Of a stretch of 64,000 bases of DNA, positions 10,790 to 18,637 are shown piece after piece; the first letter of the stretch is position 1; every line of letters begins with the position of its first letter. Under the pieces are notes generated by a model. It was not told the origin of the DNA, made no database searches, and saw only the letters and a list, made by a program, of their open reading frames with translations. Position numbers and translations under genes: made by a program. Origin of the DNA: Patescibacteria group bacterium (GTDB lineage Bacteria > Patescibacteriota > Patescibacteriia > GWA2-46-9); NCBI GenBank assembly GCA_041660005.1, contig JBAZXG010000007.1, forward strand, positions 72-64,071, in the 5' to 3' direction.

Positions 10790-12642
10790 TTCGCTTTACT
10801 GGTAAAAAAGATAAAGAAAAAAACGAGAAAGAGCGATTGCTTACGCCAAAAGAGAGCCAAGAAGCTTTGGCCGCAGCCGGGGCGTATCGCGCGGGTGTTA
10901 TTAAGCTGCGCGACCTGGTAGCGCCCTCAGCATTAGAGATTGAGGCGTCGTACCTTAAACTTAATGATCAGTTTATCCGGACGATTTTTGTAACCGATTA
11001 TCCTCGTTACATTACCGTCGGTTGGTTTGCACCCCTCATTAATTTTAGCGGTACTATTGATCTTTCGCTTTACATCTATCCGGTCGATGCTGCTGTTGTG
11101 TTGAAACAACTAAAGAATAAAGTTGGAGCTCTCGAGGCAGAAATTGTTTCCGATCACGAAAAGGGTGCGCCGCGTGATCCTATTAAAGAAACAGGACTTC
11201 ATGACATTGAACGACTTCGCGACGATTTAACGCAGGGTGTTGAGAAGTTTTTTCAATTTGGCCTTTATGTAACGGTTTATTCTGACAGTCTCGAGCACCT
11301 CAATAGTGCCACAGACGACCTTATCCAGTTACTCGGTACGAAGCTTGTCTACGCACGAAAAGTACTCTACCAGGCCGAGCAAGGGTTTATTTCAACAGTG
11401 CCTTTGGGTGTTGATGAATTGCAGATTACTTTCAACATGAATACCTCGCCTATATCGTCGGCGTTTCCTTTCATTTCTTCTGAGCTGACAAGTGACAATG
11501 GTATTTTGTACGGCATTAATCGGCACAACAATAGTCTTATTCTTTTTGATCGATTCTCTTTGCAGAACGCGAATACCGTTGTTTTTGCGACATCCGGTGC
11601 CGGAAAAAGCTATACCATTAAGCTCGAAGTTTTGCGTTCACTCATGATGGGTATTGATATTCTCGTGATCGATCCAGAAAAAGAGTATGAGCACCTCTCT
11701 GAAGCCGTAGGTGGAACGTATCTGAATATTTCCCTTTCAAGCGACAGTAAGGTTAATCCTTTTGATTTGCCGAAAGGTATCGGTGAAGATGTGCAAACAG
11801 GGGACATCATCAGAAGCGCAGTTATTACCATTAAGGGGTTATTGCGTATCATGCTTGGTACCTTAACGAGCGAAGAAGATTCTCTACTCGATCGTGCTCT
11901 TCTTGAAACCTACGCCAAGAAAGACATCACTGCTGACGCCGATCTTTCCCATATTGAACCGCCAGTATTGGCGGATTTGGAGGAAGTTTTAGAGGGCATG
12001 CAATGCACCAAAGACATGGTCGCTCGTTTGCAAAAGTATACGCGCGGTACGTTTGCTGGGCTACTCAATAGTCCAACCAATGTTATCACCGACAATCAAT
12101 TGGTTGTATTTTCCATACGTGATCTTGAAGACGAGTTGCGACCCATTGCGATTTATACGGTCATTAACTACATTTGGAATCTTGTCAGAAGCGAGCGTAA
12201 GAAGCGCATTTTGATTATTGAAGAGGCGTGGATTATGATGCAGCATGAAGATAGTGCGAAATTTATTTTTGCATTGGTCAAGCGCGCCCGCAAATATTAC
12301 CTCGGGCTTACCACGATATCGCAGGATGTTAATGACTTTCTCGGTTCTCCCTATGGTCAGGCCGTTGTTAACAACTCGGCTATGCAGCTTTTACTACGGC
12401 AGTCGCCGGCAGCTATTGATCTCATTCAGAAAACTTTCCTTTTGACCGAAGGTGAGAAGTACCTTTTACTTGAGGGGAGTGTCGGCGAGGGAATCTTTTT
12501 TGCGGGACCAAAGCACGCTGCCATTAAAGTGGTTGCCTCATATACTGAGGATCAGCTTATCACCACAGACCCAAGACAACTGCTAGAGATGGAAGCTGCC
12601 AAAAAACAGTTGAGCATTGATAGTAAATCATCTGACGACTAA
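10786..12642 (+). CDS. virB4: VirB4/TrbE/CagE-family T4SS ATPase (C-terminal ATPase part)
   Basis: Walker A motif VVFATSGAGKSYT, Walker B motif RILIIEEAWIMM, and a VirB4 middle-domain motif (FVTDYPRYITVGWF). Confidence 0.8.
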   Translation: MIRFTGKKDKEKNEKERLLTPKESQEALAAAGAYRAGVIKLRDLVAPSALEIEASYLKLNDQFIRTIFVTDYPRYITVGWFAPLINFSGTIDLSLYIYPVDAAVVLKQLKNKVGALEAEIVSDHEKGAPRDPIKETGLHDIERLRDDLTQGVEKFFQFGLYVTVYSDSLEHLNSATDDLIQLLGTKLVYARKVLYQAEQGFISTVPLGVDELQITFNMNTSPISSAFPFISSELTSDNGILYGINRHNNSLILFDRFSLQNANTVVFATSGAGKSYTIKLEVLRSLMMGIDILVIDPEKEYEHLSEAVGGTYLNISLSSDSKVNPFDLPKGIGEDVQTGDIIRSAVITIKGLLRIMLGTLTSEEDSLLDRALLETYAKKDITADADLSHIEPPVLADLEEVLEGMQCTKDMVARLQKYTRGTFAGLLNSPTNVITDNQLVVFSIRDLEDELRPIAIYTVINYIWNLVRSERKKRILIIEEAWIMMQHEDSAKFIFALVKRARKYYLGLTTISQDVNDFLGSPYGQAVVNNSAMQLLLRQSPAAIDLIQKTFLLTEGEKYLLLEGSVGEGIFFAGPKHAAIKVVASYTEDQLITTDPRQLLEMEAAKKQLSIDSKSSDD

Positions 12643-12668
12643 ATATTAGACGGTATTAGCTAACAATT

Positions 12669-13247
12669 ATGGATAAACGAAAGATTATAATCGTCGCTGG
12701 TGTCACTCTTATCATCCTTGTACTTGTTGGGGGAGGGTTGTGGTATGTGGGTTGGTTTAGCGGTAAATCGCTGTTTTCAAGCTTTCAGACTGCACAGAAT
12801 AAAAACAACTCAGGCTCGAGTGCTAACAATAATACGATGCCCACTCCTGTTACCCCCGTTGTCGTTACGACGGAAACAAATGTTTTACGGCTTGCGCGGT
12901 TGTTTGCAGAACGCTTTGGTAGTTTTTCAACGGACGAAAAGTTTGCTGGCATTGAGGAAATTAAACCTCTTATGACCGATACCTTTGCATCCTGGGTGGA
13001 GAATACCTACATTCCTGAACTGAAAAGCCGTTATCCAAAAGGTTTTGGCGCTGAAACAACGCGCGTTTTGCATAGCACCGTTGTCCAGCAAAATGACGCC
13101 GCTGCAACAGTTCGAGTTGCAGTACAGCGAACCGTTACGAGCGACAGTAGTGGCTCTCTTGTAAAAAATACAACGCTTAGAGTTGACATGGTAAAACGTG
13201 GCGATGGATGGCTCGTCAACGCTGTTTTTGACGAAGGTAAATACTAG
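12669..13247 (+). CDS. Bitopic membrane-anchored protein (possible VirB8-like)
   Basis: Single N-terminal TM helix plus a ~150 aa extracytoplasmic domain. Its position directly after VirB4 matches where VirB8-like proteins sit. Confidence 0.4.
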   Translation: MDKRKIIIVAGVTLIILVLVGGGLWYVGWFSGKSLFSSFQTAQNKNNSGSSANNNTMPTPVTPVVVTTETNVLRLARLFAERFGSFSTDEKFAGIEEIKPLMTDTFASWVENTYIPELKSRYPKGFGAETTRVLHSTVVQQNDAAATVRVAVQRTVTSDSSGSLVKNTTLRVDMVKRGDGWLVNAVFDEGKY

Positions 13248-13407
13248 AACCCATCTCAAAAATCCTTGTTCACCCAAAACGCACCTATGCCGCCTGCGCC
13301 ACGTCAAAAAATGCTCGAAAGACCTCCAGTATTACTCTGCTTTTTTGTCTGTGGCTCGGCTGGCATATCCACGCTTTGACTCGAAAACTATTTTTGAGAT
13401 GGGTTCC
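13247..13407. repeat. 161 bp repeat element with 17 bp terminal inverted repeats (GAACCCATCTCAAAAAT ... ATTTTTGAGATGGGTTC), copy 1
   Basis: About 88% identical to 34449-34609. It starts at the stop codon of the upstream gene and its right inverted repeat contains the comFC ATG. Confidence 0.8.
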
Positions 13408-14142
13408 AGGAATCGTTTAGTATATTTTTTACGGCGCTTTTTCGCTGACTTTGCTCGTTTATTTTTTCCTTTATATTGTCTTGGTTGCGGAGAGGAAGGT
13501 GTATGGGTTTGCTCTGCGTGCACTGCCTTGCGACCACCGGTTCCTTTGCAGCGCTGTTTTCGTTGTATGGTGCCGAGCGCTTACGGTAAAACATGCAATG
13601 ATTGTAATAAAAAAAGTTCCGTGTCCGGAATTTTTGTTCGAGGGTGGTATGATGCCTGGCTTTGGCGGCCACTCATTAGAGCTTGGAAATATCAACCCGC
13701 CCTTCAGCTCAGTAAGCTACTGGGTTACTTTTTTGAAGAAATATTTACGCTCTTGCCACCCATTCTTGTAGATCCTGTTATTGTCCCTGTTCCGTTAAGT
13801 CGGCGTCGTCGTCGCGCACGTGGTTTTAATCAAGCGGAAGACCTAGCAAAGTTTCTGGCTGCTTATTTTCATAGTTCCGTTTTCTCGGTTTTGCAAAGAA
13901 CTCGCCATACTAAACCGCAAGCTGGTCTTGGTGCAAAGGCACGGTTGCGAAATGTTCGAGGTGTGTTTGTCTATACTGGAACCGAATCAATTACCGGTAG
14001 GGACTGTATTCTTGTTGACGATATTGTAACGACCGGAGCAACCGTGGAAGAGGCGGCTCGTGTGCTCATCGCCTCTGGCGCCGCTAGTGTCTGGGTGGCC
14101 GCCTTAGCGCGTAGTTATGCCGGCCTCAGAAAAGCGCAGTAA
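13399..14142 (+). CDS. comFC: ComFC-like competence protein (double zinc ribbon plus phosphoribosyltransferase domain)
   Basis: N-terminal CxxC...CxxC pair and a C-terminal PRTase motif, CILVDDIVTTGATVEEAARVL. The longer ORF track start at 13198 was rejected because it would run through the repeat element. Confidence 0.7.
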   Translation: MGSRNRLVYFLRRFFADFARLFFPLYCLGCGEEGVWVCSACTALRPPVPLQRCFRCMVPSAYGKTCNDCNKKSSVSGIFVRGWYDAWLWRPLIRAWKYQPALQLSKLLGYFFEEIFTLLPPILVDPVIVPVPLSRRRRRARGFNQAEDLAKFLAAYFHSSVFSVLQRTRHTKPQAGLGAKARLRNVRGVFVYTGTESITGRDCILVDDIVTTGATVEEAARVLIASGAASVWVAALARSYAGLRKAQ

Positions 14143-14156
14143 CGATTTTGCAGCCT

Positions 14157-14190
14157 TACACAATTTTGTGCGTACGCACAAAATTGTGTA
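14157..14190. terminator. 34 bp perfect palindrome between convergent genes (likely bidirectional terminator or operator)
   Basis: The sequence tacacaattttgtgcgtacgcacaaaattgtgta lies between the comFC stop and the mgtA stop. Confidence 0.5.
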
Positions 14191-14340
14191 AAAGATTGTA
14201 GAGGACTGCTTGGAGAAATTTTTATAAAATAACTTACCTATTTTTTGTTCGGGCGCAATTTTTATTTACACTACCAACAAAAAGTATCACTCGTTTTTTG
14301 TAGATGTTCCCGTTAGGAATATGTAGGCGGTTTTGTTAAG

Positions 14341-16932
14341 TTATTGGTAGCCGAATTTTTTTACAACCCAGGTTTTTACAATTTGTACCAGTACAAAGTA
14401 GCTCGCTATCATGCCGGCGAGTAGTACAAAATATAAGGCAGGTGGAGGCACTAATCCAAAAAATGTTGCTAGTGGCGTAAACGGTAACGTGAAGGCGAAG
14501 AGTAAAACAAATAGCGTTGTTATCACCACTAACTTGTTGGGTCTGCTCTCTATAAACGGTATTTTGTTTGTGCGTATTACGTAAATAATGAGTATTTGTG
14601 AGCAGATTGATTCGAGAAACCATCCCGTGTGAAAGAGCATTTGAGCGCTCGGCGTCAAGGTGTAGCCAGCAAAAATAAACCACATAATTGCAAAGGTCAT
14701 GAAGTCAAAAATTGAGCTTATAGGACCAATCATGATCATGTATTTTCTGATGAAATCAATGTTCCACGGACGCGGACTTTTTAGGTACTCTGGGTCTACG
14801 TCGTCGGCAGGTAGGGATGTTTGTGAGATATCGTAGAGGAAGTTGTTCAATAGAATCTGCAATGGCAGCATAGGCAAGAAAGGGAGAAATAATGTTGCCC
14901 CGGTCATGCTGAGCATATTGCCAAAGTTGGAGCTCGCGCTCATCTTAATGTATTTCGTGATGTTACCAAACGTTTTTCTTCCCTCAATGACCCCGTCCTC
15001 TATAACCATTAAATCTTTTTCAAGGAGAATCATGTCAGCCGATTCTTTTGCTATATCTACAGCATTATTGACTGAAATGCCGACGTCCGAAGCTTTCAAC
15101 GATGGTGCATCGTTTATTCCATCGCCAAGGTAGCCCACGGTGTGTCCGTTTCTCTGCAAGGCCCGAATAACTCTTTCTTTTTGCAAGGGTGCTAATCTTG
15201 CAAGAATGGTGTTATTGTCGACTGCTCGCTGAAGTTCTGCGTCATCCATACTATCGACGTGTGTCCCGAGCAGTACCCCTTTTATGGTAAGTCCTACGTC
15301 GTTACAAATTTTTCTTGTAACGAGTTCATTGTCTCCCGTAAGAATTTTTACTTCCACGCCCTGCTCTTTTAATGCCGCAAGAACGTTGCTTGCCGAAGGC
15401 TTTGCTGGATCCAAAAAGGCCATGTAGCCGATAAGAATCAGGTCACTTTCATCATTTTTTGAGTACGTTTTTTGAGCAGCAATTTCGTTACGGGCTACCG
15501 CAAGAACCATAAAACCATTGGAACTCAACTTATCGTATTCCTTTTTTAACGTGGTAAGAATCGAATCATCGATTTCGTATAATTTTCCATCGAGTTCGTA
15601 GCGGGTGCATTTTTTGTAGACTTCTTCAGGTGCGCCTTTACAGATTATTTCATATTTCTCTTCATACTTTGTCACGACGGACATGACTTTTCTGGCAAAA
15701 TCAAAGGGAATTTCGTCTATTTTTTCGTATTCATTTACGACAAGTTTTTCGTGGTTCAAAATTGCCTGGTCAATAATATTCTTCAACCCTGTTTGGTAGG
15801 AACTAACCAGGTAGGCATATTTCAGAACACCCTCGTCTTCTTTCCCGGTAACGTCGCAGTGCGTCTCAAGAATAATTTTAGCCATAGTGAGCGTTCCGGT
15901 TTTGTCCGTACAAAGAATGTCCATTGCACCTAAGTTTTGAATGGCGTTGAGTTTTTTCACAATGACTTTTTTCTTGGCCATGGCTACCGCTCCCTTCGAA
16001 AGGTTAATAGTAACGATCATGGGAAGCATTTCCGGAGTAAGGCCGACGGCTACCGCCAAGGAGAAGAGTAGGGCGTCCTTAAAAAAACCATGCTTCAGTA
16101 CAAAGATGATAAAAAAGATGGCTATAGAAAGAATAACGATGAGCCGTATCATGAGCATGGTAAATTGCCGCACACCTTTATCGAAACTGGTTATACCGGT
16201 GGCGCTCGTAATTGTTTTTGAAATTTCACCAAACTGGGTAGCTTGCCCCGTTCGTAAGACAAGCCCTAGCGCAGTTCCACTCACAACGTTGGAGCCCATG
16301 AATGCCATATTAGGAAGTTCTGTGAGTGATGCACATTCCGTAGAGCTAATATCGGCTGTTTTTTCGACAGGGAACGACTCTCCAGTAAGCGATGCTTGGT
16401 TGATAAAGAGGTCCTTGGATGAAAAAATTCGAATATCGGCAGGTATCATGTTGCCAGCAAACAAATCGACGACATCCCCGGGAACAAGTTCTTTGATGTC
16501 AATTTCCTTTTCCTCGCCCGCCCGGTGAACTTCGACCTTCGTACGAACGAGGTCATTCAGTTTCTCAACTGCTTTGTCAGATTTATATTCTTGAACGGAA
16601 TCAAGAGATACGCTGATAAGTATCATGACGCTAACAAATATGGCACTTATCATTTCTCCGAAGAAGAGAGAAAAGAAGATAATGACCAGCAAAATGAGAA
16701 TGAGTGGATTTAGAAGTTTCGAAACAACTTGCACGATCAAAGACTGTGTTTTTTTCTTTGCTGGCTCATTGTAGCCATATTGTCGCAAGCGTGATTCGGC
16801 TTCGGCGCTGTTCAAGCCGTTTGCAGAAGTACTAAATTCTTTGAATAGTTCCTCGATGCCTAGACCAGCAAGCCGGAAGTACTCTGATTGAGCTTGCGAA
16901 CGACCAGTAGTTAAAATTTCTTCGTTTATCAT
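14341..16932 (-). CDS. mgtA: Magnesium-importing P-type ATPase MgtA
   Basis: Near-identical block to E. coli MgtA (LFSLAVAVGLTPEMLPMIVT...AIQNLGAMDILCTDKTGTLT). It also has GDGINDAPSL and TGES motifs and a C-terminal KKFGYQ. Confidence 0.9.
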   Translation of the reverse strand: MINEEILTTGRSQAQSEYFRLAGLGIEELFKEFSTSANGLNSAEAESRLRQYGYNEPAKKKTQSLIVQVVSKLLNPLILILLVIIFFSLFFGEMISAIFVSVMILISVSLDSVQEYKSDKAVEKLNDLVRTKVEVHRAGEEKEIDIKELVPGDVVDLFAGNMIPADIRIFSSKDLFINQASLTGESFPVEKTADISSTECASLTELPNMAFMGSNVVSGTALGLVLRTGQATQFGEISKTITSATGITSFDKGVRQFTMLMIRLIVILSIAIFFIIFVLKHGFFKDALLFSLAVAVGLTPEMLPMIVTINLSKGAVAMAKKKVIVKKLNAIQNLGAMDILCTDKTGTLTMAKIILETHCDVTGKEDEGVLKYAYLVSSYQTGLKNIIDQAILNHEKLVVNEYEKIDEIPFDFARKVMSVVTKYEEKYEIICKGAPEEVYKKCTRYELDGKLYEIDDSILTTLKKEYDKLSSNGFMVLAVARNEIAAQKTYSKNDESDLILIGYMAFLDPAKPSASNVLAALKEQGVEVKILTGDNELVTRKICNDVGLTIKGVLLGTHVDSMDDAELQRAVDNNTILARLAPLQKERVIRALQRNGHTVGYLGDGINDAPSLKASDVGISVNNAVDIAKESADMILLEKDLMVIEDGVIEGRKTFGNITKYIKMSASSNFGNMLSMTGATLFLPFLPMLPLQILLNNFLYDISQTSLPADDVDPEYLKSPRPWNIDFIRKYMIMIGPISSIFDFMTFAIMWFIFAGYTLTPSAQMLFHTGWFLESICSQILIIYVIRTNKIPFIESRPNKLVVITTLFVLLFAFTLPFTPLATFFGLVPPPALYFVLLAGMIASYFVLVQIVKTWVVKKFGYQ

Positions 16933-17124
16933 AGGTTGTTTTGATTAAAGCACGAAAACAGTTTATTGCCGAGGATAGCGAGTGAAGTGCAAATAGCAAT
17001 TTGCATTTCCGAGCGACGTTAGAATCAAAGGGTTTAATACCCTGCGCGGCTATGCCGCGCTTCCTTTCTCAATTCGCCCGTCGGCGAGTTGAGAGGTCCA
17101 GAGCTTTGCCCTGGGGTTAATGCC
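16933..17124 (-). promoter_or_regulatory. Structured 5' leader of mgtA carrying three conserved blocks shared with the 62785-62860 leader
   Basis: The conserved blocks are interrupted by three local hairpins (tgcaaat/atttgca, gcgcggc/gccgcgc, ctcaattcgcc/ggcgagttgag). The blocks are conserved in order and orientation upstream of an unrelated membrane gene. Confidence 0.5.
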
Positions 17125-17129
17125 CTTTA

Positions 17130-17756
17130 TTATAGAGTGCTAATTAATTTCGGCAGGCTTTTAAACGACGCTGTGTATCGGTCCGCATTTGTTTGGGTAT
17201 TTTTTGAATAAATGATCGCCTTCATGTTGGCTGCATGGGCGGCCCTAACATCATTTTCAACGTCTCCGATGTAGACTGTCTCCTCAGGTTTCGTGTCTAG
17301 TTTCTTAGCCGCCAAAAGTAGAGGTTCAGGATGAGGTTTATGGTTTAGCGTGTCTTCATAAGAAATAGTAACCTGAAAGTATTTTTGCATTGCTGCAAGT
17401 TCTGGAGACTCAAAGACACTTTTTTTAACACGGCTCGTGACGATTCCTAGTAGGTATTTTTTGTTCAACGTTCGAACTGTGGGTGCAATGCCGTCGGGCA
17501 TTTTTAGCAGTTCAACAGGATAGAGCGACTTACGATTTTTTCCCATTTCCCATATTTTTTTAATATCTTCATCTTTGGACAAACCGGTCAGTTTTTTTAT
17601 TCCGTCCCACATTGCCAGGTGAAACAGTGGAGGAAACTCTTGTCGAGTGGGTGGGCGGTGTCCGGAGAAAGTCATCAAGTTCTGATAAAATTTTAAATTT
17701 GCTTCAAATGAGTCAAGAAGAACGCCGTCAATGTCAAAAATAACTGCTTTGATCAT
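17130..17756 (-). CDS. HAD-superfamily hydrolase (beta-phosphoglucomutase/phosphatase-like)
   Basis: N-terminal motif I, VIFDIDGVLLDS, with an HAD-typical downstream layout. Confidence 0.75.
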   Translation of the reverse strand: MIKAVIFDIDGVLLDSFEANLKFYQNLMTFSGHRPPTRQEFPPLFHLAMWDGIKKLTGLSKDEDIKKIWEMGKNRKSLYPVELLKMPDGIAPTVRTLNKKYLLGIVTSRVKKSVFESPELAAMQKYFQVTISYEDTLNHKPHPEPLLLAAKKLDTKPEETVYIGDVENDVRAAHAANMKAIIYSKNTQTNADRYTASFKSLPKLISTL

Positions 17757-17931
17757 AGTTCAAAAATATATGAAAGTCCGGTTTCGCGGAAGTCTGCGGT
17801 GAACTCGTCTGGTCATTCGACCAGATCCGCCTTTGGCGGAAACCCTTGAGACTCTTGCGGTTCTAATATTCATGGCGAGGACGATGTCCCGAAGTTTAAA
17901 CCAATAAAACGGCACAATAATTAAGACTAAT

Positions 17932-18498
17932 TTACAAAGAAAAACCTGAATGTTTTGAGGTATCAAGCTCTACAGTTAACAGCGCTTTTTCTATACCACT
18001 TGACCAATTGTGGCCACCTTCAACTTCTATCAATTTAATGCCCTTTTGGTTAATAAACTCAACTGCTGTATTGTCGCAAAAATATTTATCTCCTTTGCTA
18101 CGGATTATTATCAACCTGTCTCTTGTCATATCAAGTTGTTTAGAAAAATCCGTACTGAGAAGTTTTATACCGTTTAATAATGTAATAACGAATTTAATTG
18201 GATTTTTAGTAAGCTTCTGTCTTTTGTGAAATAGCCCGTCTGTTGTTATGAATCTCACCCAATGTAGAAACCAAGTCATGATATTTCTTTTAGGAAGTGC
18301 TGGGTTTATTAAGATTATTTTTCCATTAATTCGGCTGCTATTTTGCAAAACAACTAAAGCTCCCAAACTAAAACCAATGACATAATCAGCATGGACAGCA
18401 TTTTCATCTAAGTTTCCAATTTTAATATCAAAGTTGCCGTCGCTCTTATATAGTTTTAAGGCTGTCATCCACCCAGGGAGTAGCAAAACTTTTTTCAT
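17932..18498 (-). CDS. Alpha/beta-hydrolase fold protein; low-GC gene
   Basis: GFSLGA nucleophile elbow. Start taken at MKKVLLL so the gene does not run into the tRNA. AT-rich (~36% GC) against a ~48% background. Confidence 0.5.
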   Translation of the reverse strand: MKKVLLLPGWMTALKLYKSDGNFDIKIGNLDENAVHADYVIGFSLGALVVLQNSSRINGKIILINPALPKRNIMTWFLHWVRFITTDGLFHKRQKLTKNPIKFVITLLNGIKLLSTDFSKQLDMTRDRLIIIRSKGDKYFCDNTAVEFINQKGIKLIEVEGGHNWSSGIEKALLTVELDTSKHSGFSL

Positions 18499-18546
18499 AA
18501 TAGTTATTTGGTTCGAATCCCTTGCGGGTCTAGCTCTAGTCGGCAC

Positions 18547-18637
18547 TGCGGAGAGGGTGGGATTCGAACCCACGAGACCCTTTCGGGTCTAACAGTTTTC
18601 AAGACTGTCGCCATCGACCACTCGGCCACCTCTCCGC
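18547..18637 (-). tRNA. tRNA-Ser (anticodon TGA), type II with long variable arm
   Basis: The reverse complement gives a GCGGAGA acceptor, an anticodon loop CTTGAAA, a variable arm containing CCCGAAAGGG, and a T-arm GTGGGTTCGAATCCCAC. Confidence 0.8.

Noticed and set aside
13198-13398. Long N-terminal extension of comFC (ORF track start at 13198)
   Set aside because: The extension would be translated through the 161 bp repeat element and overlap the upstream gene. The conserved ComF zinc-ribbon begins after the M at 13399.
16933-17130. M-box (ykoK) Mg2+ riboswitch upstream of mgtA
   Set aside because: None of the highly conserved M-box segments (GTTAGGTGAGGC, GGAGATACGC, CTAAAGCTC) are present on either strand. 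The leader is structured but of a different kind.
18506-18520. tRNA 3'-end-like GGTTCGAATCCC 11-mer at the start of the alpha/beta hydrolase gene, as a possible attachment-site repeat
   Set aside because: No complementary T-stem or acceptor sequence around it. It is in the opposite orientation to the adjacent tRNA-Ser, so it is not a direct repeat of that tRNA. Kept only as a weak hint.
17932-18573. 213 aa version of the alpha/beta hydrolase ORF
   Set aside because: Its first 25 codons run through tRNA-Ser(TGA). The internal MKKVLLL start at 18498 was used instead.
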